Shown: positions 1-12,174, numbered from the stretch's first letter. The stretch: DNA of 64,000 bases from the human T2T-CHM13v2.0 reference genome, Homo sapiens (GCF_009914755.1 NC_060928.1), one strand, 5' to 3'. Notes: a model not told the origin generated them from the letters alone. Translations and numbers: made by a program.

Positions 1-932
1 TCTTTCCTGCTTTCTCTTGTGGGCATTTAGTGCTATAAATTTCCCTCTACACACTACTTTGAATGTGTCCCAGGTATTCTTGTATGTTGTGTCTTTGTTC
101 TCGTTCGTTTCAAAGAACATCTTTATTGCTGCCTTCATTTCATTATGTACCCAGTAGTCATTCAGGAGCAGGTTGTTCAGTTTCCATGTAGTTGAGTGGT
201 TTTGAGTGAGATTCTTAATCCTGAGTTCTAGTTTGATTGCACTGTGGTCTGAGAGAGAGTTTGTTATAATTTCTGTTCTTTTACATTTGCTGAGGAGAGC
301 TTTACTTCCAACTATGTGGTCAATTTTGGAATAGGTGTGGTGTGGTGCTGAAAAAAATGTATATTCTGTTGATTTGGGGTGGAGAGTTCTGTAGATGTCT
401 ATTAGGTCTGCTTGGTGCAAGCTGAGTTCAATTCCTGGGTATCCTTGTTGACTCTCTGTCTCGTTGATCTGTCTAATGTTGACAGTGGGGTGTTAAAGTC
501 TCCCATTATTAATGTGTGGGAGTCTAAGTCTCTTTGTAGGTCACTCAGGACTTGTTTTATGAGTCCTGGTGCTCCTGTATTGGGTGCATATATATTTAGG
601 ATAGTTAGCTCTTCTTGTTGAATTGATCCCTTTACCATTATGCAATGGCCTTCTTTGTCTCTTTTCATCTTTGTTGGTTTAAAGTCTGTTTTATCAGAGA
701 CTAGTGTTGCAACCCCTGCCTTTTTTTGTTTTCCATTTGCTTGGTAGATCTTCCTCCATCCTTTTATTTTGAGCCTATGTGTGTCTCTGCACGTGAGATG
801 GTTTTCCTGAATACAGCACACTGATGGGTCTTGACTCTTTATCCAATTTGCCAGTCTGTGTCTTTTAATTGGAGCATTTAGTCCATTTACATTTAAAGTT
901 AATATTGTTATGTGTGAATTTGATCCTGTCAT
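1..932 (-). pseudogene. L1 ORF2p N-terminal APE-like endonuclease domain, frameshifted by a 1-bp deletion near 420 (codon ~171)
   Basis: Track ORF 402-932 contains the IQE and GDFN motifs and then reads [10 protein letters not shown] instead of ELNSALHQAD (GCTCTG>GCTTG). The SDH motif follows in another frame. Confidence 0.93.
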
Positions 933-995
933 TATGATGTTAGCTGGCTATTTTGCTCGTTAGTTGATGCAGTTTCTTCCTAGTCTTGATGGTCT

Positions 996-2012
996 TTACA
1001 TTTTGGCATGATTTTGCAGCGGCTGGTACCGGTTGTTGCTTTCCATGTTTAGCGCTTCCTTCAGGAGCTCTTTTAGGGCAGGCCTGGTGGTGACAAAATC
1101 TCTCAGCATTTGCTTGTCTGTAAAGTATTTTATTTCTCCTTCACTTACGAAGCTTAGTTTGGCTGGATATGAAATTCTGGGTTGAAAATTCTTGTCTTTA
1201 AGAATGTTGAATATTGGCCCCCACTCTCTTCTGGCTTGTAGGGTTTCTGCCGAGAGATCCGCTGTTAGTCTGATAGGCTTCCCTTTGAGGGTAACCCGAC
1301 CTTTCTCTCTGGCTGCCCTTAACATTTTTTCCTTCATTTCAACTTTGGTGAATCTGACAATTATGTGTCTTGGAGTTGCTCTTCTTGAGGAGTATCTTTG
1401 TGGCGTTCTCTGTATTTCCTGAATCTGAACGTTGGCCTGCCTTGCTAGATTGGGGAAGTTTTCCTGGATAATATCCTGCAGAGTGTTTTCCAACTTGGTT
1501 CCATTCTCCCTGTCACTTTCAGGTACACCAATCAGACGTAGATGTGGTCTTTTGACATAGTCCCATATTTCTTGGAGGCTTTGCTCATTTCTTTTTATTC
1601 TTTTTTCTCTAAACTTCCCTTCTCGCTTCATTTCATTCATTTCATCTTCCATCGCTGATACGCTTTCTTCCAGTTGATCACATCGGCTCCTGAGGCTTCT
1701 GCATTCTTCACGTAGTTCTCGAGCCTTGGTTTTCTGCTCCATCAGCTCCTTTAAGCACTTCTCTGTATTGGTTATTCTAGTTATACATTCTTCTAAATTT
1801 TTTTCAAAGTTTTCAACTTCTTTGTCTTTGGTTTGAATGTCCTCCCATAGCTCAGAGTAATTTGATCATCTGAAGCCTTCTTCTCTCAGCTCGTCAAAGT
1901 AATTCTCCATCCAGCTTTGTTCCGTTGCTGGTGAGGAACTGCGTTCCTTTGGAGGAGGAGAGGTGCTCTGCTTTTTAGAGTTTCCAGTTTTTCTGTTCTG
2001 TTTTTTCCCCAT
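996..2012 (-). pseudogene. L1 ORF1p (338 codons) with premature stop R49* (CGA>TGA at 1866-1868); residual open frame from M91 (1742-996)
   Basis: ATG at 2012 (MGKKQNRK) to TAA at 996 is 1017 bp in frame, with AGA TGA TCA in place of AGA CGA TCA. The 248-aa track ORF matches the ORF1p coiled coil, RRM and CTD. Confidence 0.93.
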
Positions 2013-2898
2013 CTTTGTGGTTTTATCTACTTTTGGTCTTTGATGATGGTGATGTACAGATGTGTTTTTGGTGTGGATGTCCTTTCTGTTAGTTTTCCTT
2101 CTAACAGACAGGACTCTCAGCTGCAGGTCTGTTGGAATACCCTGCTGTGTGAGGTGTCAGTGTGCCCCTGCTGGGGGGTGCCTCCCAGTTAGGCTGCTCA
2201 GGGGTCAGGGACCCACTTGAGGAGGCAGTCTGCCCGTTCTCAGATCTCCAGCTGCGTGCTGGGAGAACCCCTGCTCTCTTCAAAGCTGTCAGACAGGGAC
2301 ATTTAAGTCTGCAGAGGTTACTGCTGTCTTTTTGTTTGTCTGTGCCCTGCCCGCAGAGGTGGAGCCTACAGAGGCAGGCAGGCCTCCTTGAGCTGTGGTG
2401 GGCTCCGCCCAGTTGGAGCTTCCCGGCTGCTTTGTTTACCTAAGCAAGCCTGGGCAATGGCGGGCGCCCCTCCCCCAGCCTTGCTGCTGCCTTGCACTTT
2501 GATCTCAGACTGCTGTGCTAGCAATCAGGGAGACTCCATGGGCGCAGGACCCTCCAAGCCATGTGTGGGATATAATCTCGTGGTGTGCCGTTTTTTAAGC
2601 CCTTCGGAAAAGTGCAGTATTCGGGTGGGAGTGACCTGATTTTACAGATGCCGTCCGTCACCCCTTTCTTTGATTTGGAAAGGGAACTCCCTGACCCCTT
2701 GCACTTCCCAAGTGAGGTAATGCCTCGCCCTGCTTCGGCTCACGCACGGTGCGCGCACCCACTGACCTGCACCCACTGTCTGGCGAGATGAACCCGGTAC
2801 CTCAGATGGAAATGCAGAAATCACCGTCTTCTGCCTCGCTCACGCTGGGAGCTGTAGACCGGAGCTGTTCCTATTCGGCCATCTTGGCTCCTCTCCTC
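2013..2898 (-). promoter_or_regulatory. L1 5'UTR internal sense promoter and antisense promoter; intact YY1 site at 2877-2885
   Basis: CpG-rich 5'UTR with GGCCATCTT (AAGATGGCC on minus) at 2877-2885. Confidence 0.85.
2457..2639 (+). pseudogene. L1 ORF0 (antisense ORF), truncated to 60 aa by CGA>TGA at codon 61
   Basis: MAGAPPPALLLPCTLISDCCASNQGDSMGAGPS...IRVGVT* matches the recalled 71-aa ORF0. The start is in a good Kozak context (GCAATGG). Confidence 0.85.
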
Positions 2899-2947
2899 AG
2901 CGGTAATATCTTTTAACTCTTTCTCCATAACGTTATTTTAGTGTCTT

Positions 2948-3421
2948 GTGGAGACCGCTTGCTGCTTACCCCAATATGTGTTCTCACCATCTTGTGGCTT
3001 ACCCTTAGTTATGTCTACTGCCAAAAGAACTAAAACAATACTTTGTAACCTATCTTGCCTAGAAGACATCATTTAGCTACAATTTGGTTTATGAGACATA
3101 AACAGAAACGTATGTTCTAATTTAGAGAGAAGTTTTTAATGAGAAAAGAGACACCTATCTTCTGCATGTTTCATTTTCTTGTAGTTAGCTCTTGAATATT
3201 AGCAGCTATCTTATATTCTAATTTGAAAGTGTCAGACCTAGGCTCACAGAACAGCATAGAGCAGGGGCCTGCAGAAGCAGAAAATAAAAGGAGCCGTGCT
3301 GTAACACAAAAAAATGTCTGTCCATAAACATTATCATGTGAGAGGGAAAAAATCCTCTGTTTCCATTGTCTCCATAACTTTCCCCCATTCTTCAAAGTTG
3401 ACTCAAATGTTAGCTGATACA
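2948..3421 (+). mobile_element. Ancient MLT1 (I/J-like) MaLR LTR
   Basis: Starts TGTGG...GCTTACCCCAATAT, contains ATGTGAGAGGGAAAAAATCC, and ends GCTGATACA, like old MLT1 LTRs. Highly diverged. Confidence 0.5.
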
Positions 3422-3879
3422 TTATGGTTACCAAAAGAACAGGAAATAATATATTAATACTACTCTTTCTTGATTATCAAATTTGGCACTCCCATATGAG
3501 AAATTTAGCTGATACATTTAAATAATAAAAATACCATTTCCACTTTTCAACTCTTCAGATTTTGTCAGAAATTTCTGAAATCTTAGTTTTTTCAGTAATT
3601 ATGATTTTTAAGAATATACTTAATCTTCTTTTGAATAATTTAGCAACTGAAAATGTATCTAGATAATCTCACATAAAATGGTAAAGCAATGAGTACTTCC
3701 ATTTCTATTTTACTCCTCATCACATAGTTCTTTAATTTGCTGCTAAATAACATTTTTATTCTTGCATTTTACTTTGTAACTATACGAAATTTTGTATTAT
3801 TTGTATTTAATTTGTATAAAGATGAAAAACCTAAATGAATAATAAATATAAATGCAGATATTAATAAAATAAATATAAA

Positions 3880-4275
3880 TCATAAGACAAGAGCCAAAAT
3901 TTGACACTTTAATAACATTAACACAATTGATAAACACTAAAAAGACTGATTGATACAATAAGAGAACAAAGAAAATTAATATTATGGGTGCTATTAATAT
4001 CATATCACTACAAATCTTCACAGATCAAAAGATATTTAGACGTGACATTCTGAAAAACTGTATGACAAAAATTTGACAATGTGAATAAAATAGACAAATT
4101 CCTGGGACAATATAACTTAGTAAAGATGACAAAAGAAGAAGTTAAATATTAGAATTGTCTGATATCTATTAAGGAATCAAATTTGTCACTTAAAACCCTT
4201 CACTGAAAGAAAAGGGAAAATAAACTGAAACCCACAGGCACAGATGGATTCAATTATAGATTTTTCCAGACAAAT
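3880..4275 (+). mobile_element. Old L1M ORF2 fragment
   Basis: ATCACTACAAATC..., AATAAAATAGACAAATTCCT and CACAGGCACAGATGGATTCA resemble the ORF2 linker/Z region. Confidence 0.6.
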
Positions 4276-5229
4276 GAACAGTTCACATTTTCTTGGAGTG
4301 ATAGGAGAAGAGTTTAACTTGCTTACTTTATGAGTTGGAAAACAGTTACATGAGTAATCACCAAAGGAGGAAGTATTCTGTAGTCTTTGTATATTCAATT
4401 TTGTTGTGAGAATTTTCCATAAATTCTTACTACATTGCAATATAGCCTCTAAAAAATAGAGGAAGCTAGTCTTTCCATGTTCAAAATGAGAAAGTAAAAC
4501 TGTAATATGATATCTCTGTTGAGCATTCAGTTGAAGCAGGCTGGTCACCTCAAGGGAGAAACAGGGGTAACCAGACTGTTTCCAGAAAATGTGACAATAG
4601 ATGAATTTATTTCTCCTGCTTTCTATATGTAGAAGAGAGCAGGAGATGAAGAGCCTTTTACAATTCTACTACAACTTCAAGGCCTGAAAAAAAAAAAAAG
4701 AAAGAATAAAACAGAGGTCTGAAAATCCATTGCAGTGAATGTCTGGTTAAAATCCAATGCTATCTTAAGTAGAAAATAGTTTTTGCAAAAGCTTTCTAAT
4801 TGATAACTCTCCTTTGGTTTTCTAAACCTTTTAGCCACTGGCTTATGAGAAGCTTAAATTAATTTGGGACCTAGAGAGGATATTTACATAAAATTTTGCT
4901 TAACATAGGAAAGAGATGTGGCTTCAACAGGGTCATAGTAATGGAGATGGACAATAAATACAGGAAGATATGTTTTGGAGAATAAAACAGTAGATTTAGC
5001 TAGAAGTTTCGATGTAGTGGTTGTAGGCAACAGAAAAATCGAGAATTCTAAATTTTTGACTTTTCTATTCTGTTTTACCTCATCCATCTGTGTGTGTTCA
5101 TGCATCATCTCTCTGTATCAGCTGGTGTTTTTTGAAGCAAGCAACAGAAAACAACACTGTCTCATTTACACAGAATATAAATGTATTGAATAAGTATTTA
5201 GTAGCTAGTGGTGTGAAAGGAAAAATTGT

Positions 5230-5600
5230 GAACCAAGTTCGAGAATGGTCAGACACAAGGGAGGCCAGGCAGCAGCCAACTGGTAAATATCAAGTTCCAG
5301 AGCCAGGCCCATGAGGACAGAGCTGCCCTGCTAAGCTGGCGCTATTTTAGTTGCTGCTGCAGGACAATTGATGCTTCTACTGCTGAGCCTGGAACCTGGA
5401 TGCTACACTACCACTTCACCATCAACACCGAGATGTTTTCTCTACTGTCCCTTTTCTTTTGAAATGAACTGATTCAAAGTTCAGAAGTAGGATGGGTGGA
5501 ATCTGACCAGTAAATCTAGGTCATGTAGTAGTACCCTTTCTCTAAGGAAGGCTACAGAAATCTATATCTGTATCTTTGACGTCTACCATGGTAGATGGGC
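5230..5600. mobile_element. Ancient ERVL/MaLR LTR fragment (LTR33- or MLT1K/L-like)
   Basis: GGAATCTGACCAG...CTAGGTCATGT...AAGGAAGGCT resembles a motif in old MLT1/LTR33 LTRs. Confidence 0.35.
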
Positions 5601-5714
5601 TCTGCCTCCTTTCAAGACTCATAGGATGAAAATTTTCACAGTAATAGATACTACATCCTCTATGATGCCTGCATTCCTCAAAGAAAACAATGGCTTGCTT
5701 ATCTAAATGCTCAC

Positions 5715-6261
5715 TAGAACTAGAAATACCATTTGACCCAGCCATCCCATTACTGGGTATATACCCAATGGATTATAAATCATGCTGCTTATAAAGACAC
5801 ATGCACACATATGTTTATTGTGGCACTATTCACAATAGCAAAGACTTGGAACTAACCCAAATGTCCAACAATGATAGACTGGATTAAGAAAATGTGGCAC
5901 ATATAGATCATGGAATACTATGCAGCCATAAAAAATGATGAGTTCATGTCCTTTGTAGGGACATGGATGAAGCTAGAAACCATCATTCTCAGCAAACTAT
6001 CGCAAGGACAAAAAACCAAACACCTCATGTTCTCACTCATAGGTGGGAATTGAACAATGAGAACACATGGACACAGGAAGGGGAACATCACACACAGGGG
6101 CCTGTTGTGGGGTGGGGGGAGCGGGGAGGGATAGCATTAGGAGATATACCTAATGTAAATGATGAGTTAATGGGTGTAGCACACTAACATAGCACATGTA
6201 TACATATGTAACAAACCTGCACGTTGTGCACATGTACCCTAAAACTTAAAGTATGAAAAAA
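5715..6261 (+). mobile_element. 5'-truncated L1PA4-PA6 3' end with 10-bp TSD AAATGCTCAC
   Basis: ORF2 C-terminus and 3'UTR with the G-rich tract (6108-6130) and a short poly(A). The TSD is at 5705-5714 and 6262-6271. Confidence 0.92.
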
Positions 6262-6364
6262 AAATGCTCACAGTGCTTATTTCTTGAAAGTTTGCTTAAT
6301 AACAATAAATACCATATTTTTATCTATGAATGTATCTCATTATTTGTATTATTCTGTGAATTCC

Positions 6365-9300
6365 TTTTTGTTGACAAATTATATGTATGGTGATGTATGT
6401 ATGTTTTGCATACAGGGTGATATTATAATTTCTGAAAACAATGTGTAATGGTTAAATAAAGCTTAACATATTTGTTATCCCAAATATTTAATAATTTTTT
6501 GATAAGGGCATTTGAAATTTACTTTCTTAATAAAATTTAACTGTACAATATTCAGTTATAGCTATATTCACCATGCTGTGTAATTGTTCTAAAAAATGTG
6601 CATATTCCTACTGTCTGAGGCTTTGTACCTTTATGCCCTTTGACTATTCCTGTTTCCCTCACATCCCAGTTTCTGGATACCACCCTTCTACTCTCTGCTT
6701 CCATTAATTCAATTGGTTTAGATTCTACATATAAGTGAGAACATTTGGTATTTGTCTGTGTTTGACATGTTTCATTTCATGAATGGAATTGGAGAACATT
6801 TTGCTAATGTTCTATGATGTCACAAATGACAGAATTTTTTTATCATCCGTCCCTTGAAGAAAACTTATGTTGAATTCATAGGTTAGCCATTATACACAGT
6901 ACTGCAATGAACATGGGAGTGTAAACATCTCTTTGACACACTGATTTCAAATCTTTCAGGTAAATGCCCAGAAGTAGGATTGCTAGATCATAGAGTAATT
7001 CTACTTTTTATTTTTATTTTTTGGAAACTTTAGAGACTATTTTCTATATGATTATACTAATTTATATTCCTACAAGCAATGTACAAGAAATCTGTTTTCT
7101 TCATATCCTTACCAGAATTGGTTATCTTTTGCCTTTTTAATAATAGCCATTGTAATTGGTGTGAGGTAATATCTCATGTGGTTTTAATTTGCATCTCCTT
7201 AATGATTAGCGGTGTTGAGCATTTTTCATATATCTGTTAGCCATTTGGATGTCTTAAGTTTCATTCATTAATGTTTCCTAGTTTTTAGTGTAAAACTCAT
7301 TTTAATTTTTTTGTAGCTATTGTAAATGTGATTATTCCCTTGGTTATATTTTTCAGAAATTTTATTGTTGGGGTAGAGAAACACTGCTGATTTTTACATG
7401 TTGATTTAGTGTCCTGCAACTTTGCTGAAATCATTTACCAGTTCTATTATTTTTGTTGAAATCTTTAGTGTTTTCTATACATAAAATTATATAGTCTGGA
7501 AACAGACAACTTAACTTGTCTCTTTCCAAGTTGCATGTCTTTCCTGTCACTCTCCTGCCTAATTGTTCTGGCTAGGACCTCCTGTACTACATTGAATAGG
7601 ACTGTTGAGAGTGGGCATCCTTGTCCTGTTCCTGATCTTAGAAGAAAAGCTTTCAACTTTTCTCCTTTGTGTGTTATCTGTGTGTTTGTAATACATTTTT
7701 TTATTGTGTTGATGTACATTTCTTGTATATCTAATTTGTTGAGAGAGTTTTTATAAGAAAGGATATTGAACTTTGTCAAATGTTTTATAAGCATCTTATG
7801 AGATGGTCATATAATTTTTGTCCTTCATTTTGTTTATGCTGTGAATCACATTTATTGATTCGCAAATGTCGAACCATCCTTGAATCCCAGAGATAAATCT
7901 CACTTCATCATAATAAATGATTCTTTTGTTATTGCATTTAGTTTGCCTGTGTTTTGTTCATGATTTTTGTATCTCTGTTTCCCAAAAATATTGGCTTGTA
8001 GTTTTCTTTTCTAGTGATGTCCTTGTCTGGCTTTGGTATCAGGTTAATGCTAGCCTAGTGAAACGGGTTTGACTGTTCCCACCCCTTCAATTCTTTGAAG
8101 TCATTTTTGAGAAATTGGTATCAGTTTTTTAAATGTTTGGTAGAATTCAGCAGTGAAGTCATCAGGTCCTGGGCCTTTTATGATGGAATACATTTTATTA
8201 CTGATTCAATCTTTTCACTCAGTATTGGTCCGTCTAGATTTTCTATTTCTTCGTAATTCAGGCTTGGTAGGTTATGTCAAATAATTTATCAATTTCTTTT
8301 AGGTTATCCACACTTTGGCATATAATTATTCATGATAGTCTGTTATGACTGTTTGTATTTCTGAGGTGTCAGTTCTAATGTTCCTTCTTTCATTTCTGAT
8401 TTTATTCCTTTGAGTCTTTTCTCTTATACTCTTGGTTAATCTTCCTAAACGTTTGTCAATTTTGTTACTCTTTTCAGAAAACCAACTCTTAGTTTTTTTG
8501 CTCTTTTGCATTATTTATCTAGTTGCTGTTTTATTCTTTTCTGTTTTGATCTCTTTTTCCCCCTTTTGCTAACATTGATTGTATTTTTTTCCTTTTCTAT
8601 TATCTTGGGTTGTAACATCAAGTTGTTTGCAATCTTTCTTCTTTTCAGATGTAGGCATTTCTTGCTATAAAGTTTCCTTGGAAAACTTCTTTGCTTCTTT
8701 CCATACATTTTAGTAGATTTTGTTTCCATTTTATTTGTCTCAAGCTATTTGTACATTTTATTTTAATTTCTTCATTGATTTATTGATTGTGGGTATGTTG
8801 ATTCATTTTCATGCATTTGTCAATTTTCTGAAATTCCTATAGTTATTGATTTCTGATTTTATACCTTTAGGGTTGAAAAAGGTACTTGATATAATTTCAA
8901 CATTTTTCAATTTGCTAATACTTGTTTTGTGACCAAAATATGATCTATCCTGAAAATTATGCCAGGTATGTTTGAGAAGAATATGCGTTCTTCTGTAAAG
9001 CATTGTTCAAGTTCAGTATTTTCTTATTAATTTTTGGTCTCAATTAACTGTTCAATATTAAAAGTGGTGTATTGAAGTCTTCTACTATTGTTGTATTGCA
9101 ACTTATCTCTCTTTTCATATCCTTTAATATGCCTTATATATTTAGATGCTCCACTGTTGAGTTCATACAAATTTATAATTGTTATATTATCTTGATGAAT
9201 TAACTCTTTTATCAATTTTTAAATGTCCTTCTTTTTCTCCTTTATTCTTCTCTATTTAAAATCTAGTTTGTCTAAATTTTTGCACCTGCTCCTTTATGAT

Positions 9301-9810
9301 TTCCATTTGTGTGAAATATCTTATTTCCATCCTTCAATTTCAGACTATGTGTGCCCATAAAAGCAAACTTCATCTCTTGTAAGAAGCGTATAGTTGGGTC
9401 TGATTTTTCTTAATTCATTTACTCATTATATATATTTTTATTTTATAATATAATCCATTTACATCTAAGGTAATTATTGATAGGTAAGGACTTAATTCTG
9501 CCATTTTGTTGTTTTCTGGAATTTTTGTAAGTAACCTTTTTGTTCTTTCTTCCTCTCTTACTCTCTTCCTTTGTGGCTTGATGGTTTTCTGTAGCAATAT
9601 GTTTTGAATGTTTTTATTTTTGTTTTGTGCATATCATGTAGATTTTTGCTTTCTGGTTACCATGAGGCTTACAAAGAACATCTTGCATTTAGAATAGTCT
9701 ATTTGAAGCTGATAATGTTGATTTAAAGCTGATAATCTTGATTGCATACAATAAGTACACACTTCTTTCTCCTCTTTCCATTTATGTTTTAGCTGTCCAA
9801 ATTTGCCTGA
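6365..9810 (-). mobile_element. L1MA-type (about MA6-MA8) LINE-1, 3' end to ORF2 start, with an internal deletion near 7255
   Basis: Track ORFs 7465-7794 (KLKAFLLRSGTGQGCPLS), 8326-8511 (KSWFSEKSNKIDK) and 9415-9597 (SPYLSIITLDVNGL) are degenerate ORF2 pieces. The 3'UTR is of L1MA type. Confidence 0.85.
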
Positions 9811-10034
9811 GATCTTCTATTTTGCTATCTTGTTGATGTTAATTTCTATAAGGCCAGATTTTTGTGGGAATAACCAAGGTATCCAACATACAGCTTTGGA
9901 CAGAATCCAGATCCTTAGATTCTGAAAAAAACGTATTTAGATACTTATAGAACAAAAGGAACAAATTAATTAATGATAACACCTTGACAACCCTATAAAA
10001 ATAATGAAAACATACCAATTTATTATAGCAGACC

Positions 10035-10465
10035 ATTGAAATTAGGTTTTATTGAGAAGCTGATGGTAAGATAAAATTAATAGGGCAAAAGGATTATTAA
10101 GGCTGAAGCTTCTAAAAGAAGAAAGGGATGCAGTATGATCAGAGGGTATTGTCAGACCAAGATATAGACCTAACAGAGTAGCAACTCAATCATGAACTCT
10201 AAAGAAATATCCTGTTAAAAGAGTTATATATTGGATAGAATGGCTATGTCACTACCACCTACCTGCTCAGCTACTATATGGGTGCCAACTTAAGAAGAGC
10301 TTGACTTTACCTACCACTGACTTGCTCTGTCATTGGCTAGAAGCTTTTCCTGAAGAAGCTTAGCCTCATCTTGAGTACTGAAGCAGATCCTGAAAAGGAA
10401 CTAAAACCTAGTGGCTGTTAGCTAAGCACATTCATTGTAGCTGAGCAGCAAGCTCTTAATTATAC
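10035..10465 (-). mobile_element. LTR16-like (ERVL) LTR
   Basis: GAAGCTGATGGTAAGAT...AAAGGATTATTAAGG...GAAAGGGATGCAGTATGATCAGAGGG resembles reverse LTR16 and abuts ERVL internal sequence. Confidence 0.5.
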
Positions 10466-10469
10466 AACA

Positions 10470-11850
10470 TAGATCCAATTTTTAAGCAGCCCCTTCAAAA
10501 TGGGTTATTTTCCCTGAAGGAAGAATTAGAAGGGGGTATTTTTAGTGGGGTAAACTTCAGTACTCATCACTAAAGTTGATTTTAGGGTCTTAAATGCTAT
10601 TCATCGTCTGTCTATTATTTATTTTATATTTTGTTTACCCTCAGATACCATATTTGGTTTACTTGGTGGTGTGAAATAAATCTTTATTCCTGAGGGTTTT
10701 AAACTACTGACTACTGCCAATGTGTCCATATATATTCTATTCTCAAAGTACTTTGCCTACTACACAAAGTAGAAGAATAGGTGCACTTTCTAAAGCATCA
10801 CCTATTGGTAAAAACTTTGTCCTTCAAGGCCATTTATGTGCAAAGCTGTAGTACAGTCATTCTGTATTTTTAGCTTACATTTACTTCCTGGGAAACTCAT
10901 CCATAAGCCAAGCTCAGGATTTTTTTATCCTATGCATGTGATCATTTGGAAAAATATCCTTCTTGTGCGCTGAAGAAGGAAAACAAGTAAAACTCCATTG
11001 AACAAGGAGGGATCAGACGGAGTACATGGAGCATGGGGCAATACCTGCTCATGTGTCTTACTTATAACCCCTCTTTCTGCTTATACTTAGTATTAAACAT
11101 GCAATTTGCATCTTACAAAGGATTATTGCAGGATAACCCAGACTTATTTATGACTTGATGGGTGTCAAAGGTCTGAGCTCATGTTAGGCAGTTCCACATC
11201 CATGCTCGCATGGTGTCCAATGGTTAAAAATTCCATCTCTATCAGGGTTTGGTGACAGATGAGTAATTTTTTTTAATAAATACATAGTTATTTGCTACAG
11301 ATAGCATAGTCTTGTTCTAGGACTCAGTGGGCTATGTTCTGAATTTTCCTCTAGGACTCACCACAAACACCTCGCAACATGTTTTTTTTTACTAATAACC
11401 CTTTCAGCATAATACTATGTTCTATTGGAGCATATGGCCCATAGGGGAATAATACTTACCTCACAACATGTACACCCCACAAAGCCTCTCAGGTTACCTT
11501 TTTATGGGTCACAGAAGCATCCTATGTGTGAAATTGTACTTTAGCAGTGAGCATAGGTCTATTAGGCATTGTACCTATTTTGTAGTAAAACATATAAGAT
11601 ACTTAAATTTATTTGTTAATTTAGAAACAATATCTAGTATGCTTCTAATAGGTCTGTAAATATTTTTACTGAACTGGTCTCTGAATCTTCATAGGGCTTA
11701 GTCTTCATCCTCTGAATTGAATGTCTCACAAGTTTTCCAATAGTGTAGCTACTTCTTGATCTTTCAATAAAATGAGTAGAGGACATTAATAAAGTGGAGC
11801 AATGTGATGTTTTCTGCAATGTCCACATGATCCAGATTTTTTTAATGCTA
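10470..11850 (-). mobile_element. ERVL/HERV16-like internal pol remnant (RT to RNase H tether)
   Basis: The minus strand reads NLDHVDIAENITLLHFINV (ERVL ...DITLVHYIDD, with the catalytic motif decayed at 11782-11793) and TLIEMEFLTIGHHASMDVELPNM (ERVL ALVETERLTMGHQVTMRPELPIM). Confidence 0.75.
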
Positions 11851-11879
11851 AAGTAATTTCTTCTTTATTTGATCATCAA

Positions 11880-12141
11880 ATTACTAATGACTGTGTGACT
11901 GTGTAAACAACAGAAATTAATTTTCTCACAGTGCTAAAGACTGCAGGTCCAAGTTCAAAATGGTTTTTTCTGAGGTCTATTTCTTTGACTGCCTTCATAT
12001 TCAAATGGTCACTCTCTATGAGTGTCTGTGTCTTAATCTCCTCTTCTTATATGGGCACCAGCCATATTAGATTAGGGTTCATCTGAATAACTAATTTTAA
12101 CTTCACTATCTTTTTTGAAGGGGGATATTATGGGATGCTTG

Positions 12142-12147
<6 letters not shown>
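11880..12147 (-). mobile_element. MLT1A/B LTR fragment
   Basis: AAACAACAGAAATTAATTTTCTCACAG and AATCTCCTCTTCTTATATGGGCACCAGCCATATTAGATTAGGG are typical of MLT1 in reverse. Confidence 0.7.

Positions 12148-12174
<27 letters not shown>
12148..12174. repeat. (TG)n microsatellite at the L1PA8A tail
   Basis: About 13 TG units, seen directly. Confidence 0.95.

Larger units (their letters stand above)
1..2898 (-). mobile_element. LINE-1, L1PA2-like (possibly late L1PA3), 5' half with intact 5' end; continues past the left edge of the window
   Basis: Minus strand starts GAGGAGAGGAGCCAAGATGGCCGAATAGGAACAGCTCCGG, the young-L1 5' end. The 5'UTR lacks the 129-bp ZNF93 segment (GGGTATTCCAACAGACC junction). 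ORF1 ends NHAKM and ORF2 starts MTGSNSHITILTLN. A TTTT/AA endonuclease site lies at 2911-2916. Confidence 0.95.

Noticed and set aside
3565-3578. Perfect 14-bp palindrome TCAGAAATTTCTGA
   Set aside because: Expected by chance in 64 kb of AT-rich DNA.
4186-4548. 120-aa minus-strand ORF
   Set aside because: Non-ATG start, overlaps an L1 relic, no recognisable domain.
6097-6130. G-quadruplex motif
   Set aside because: A standard feature of the L1PA 3'UTR, not locus-specific.
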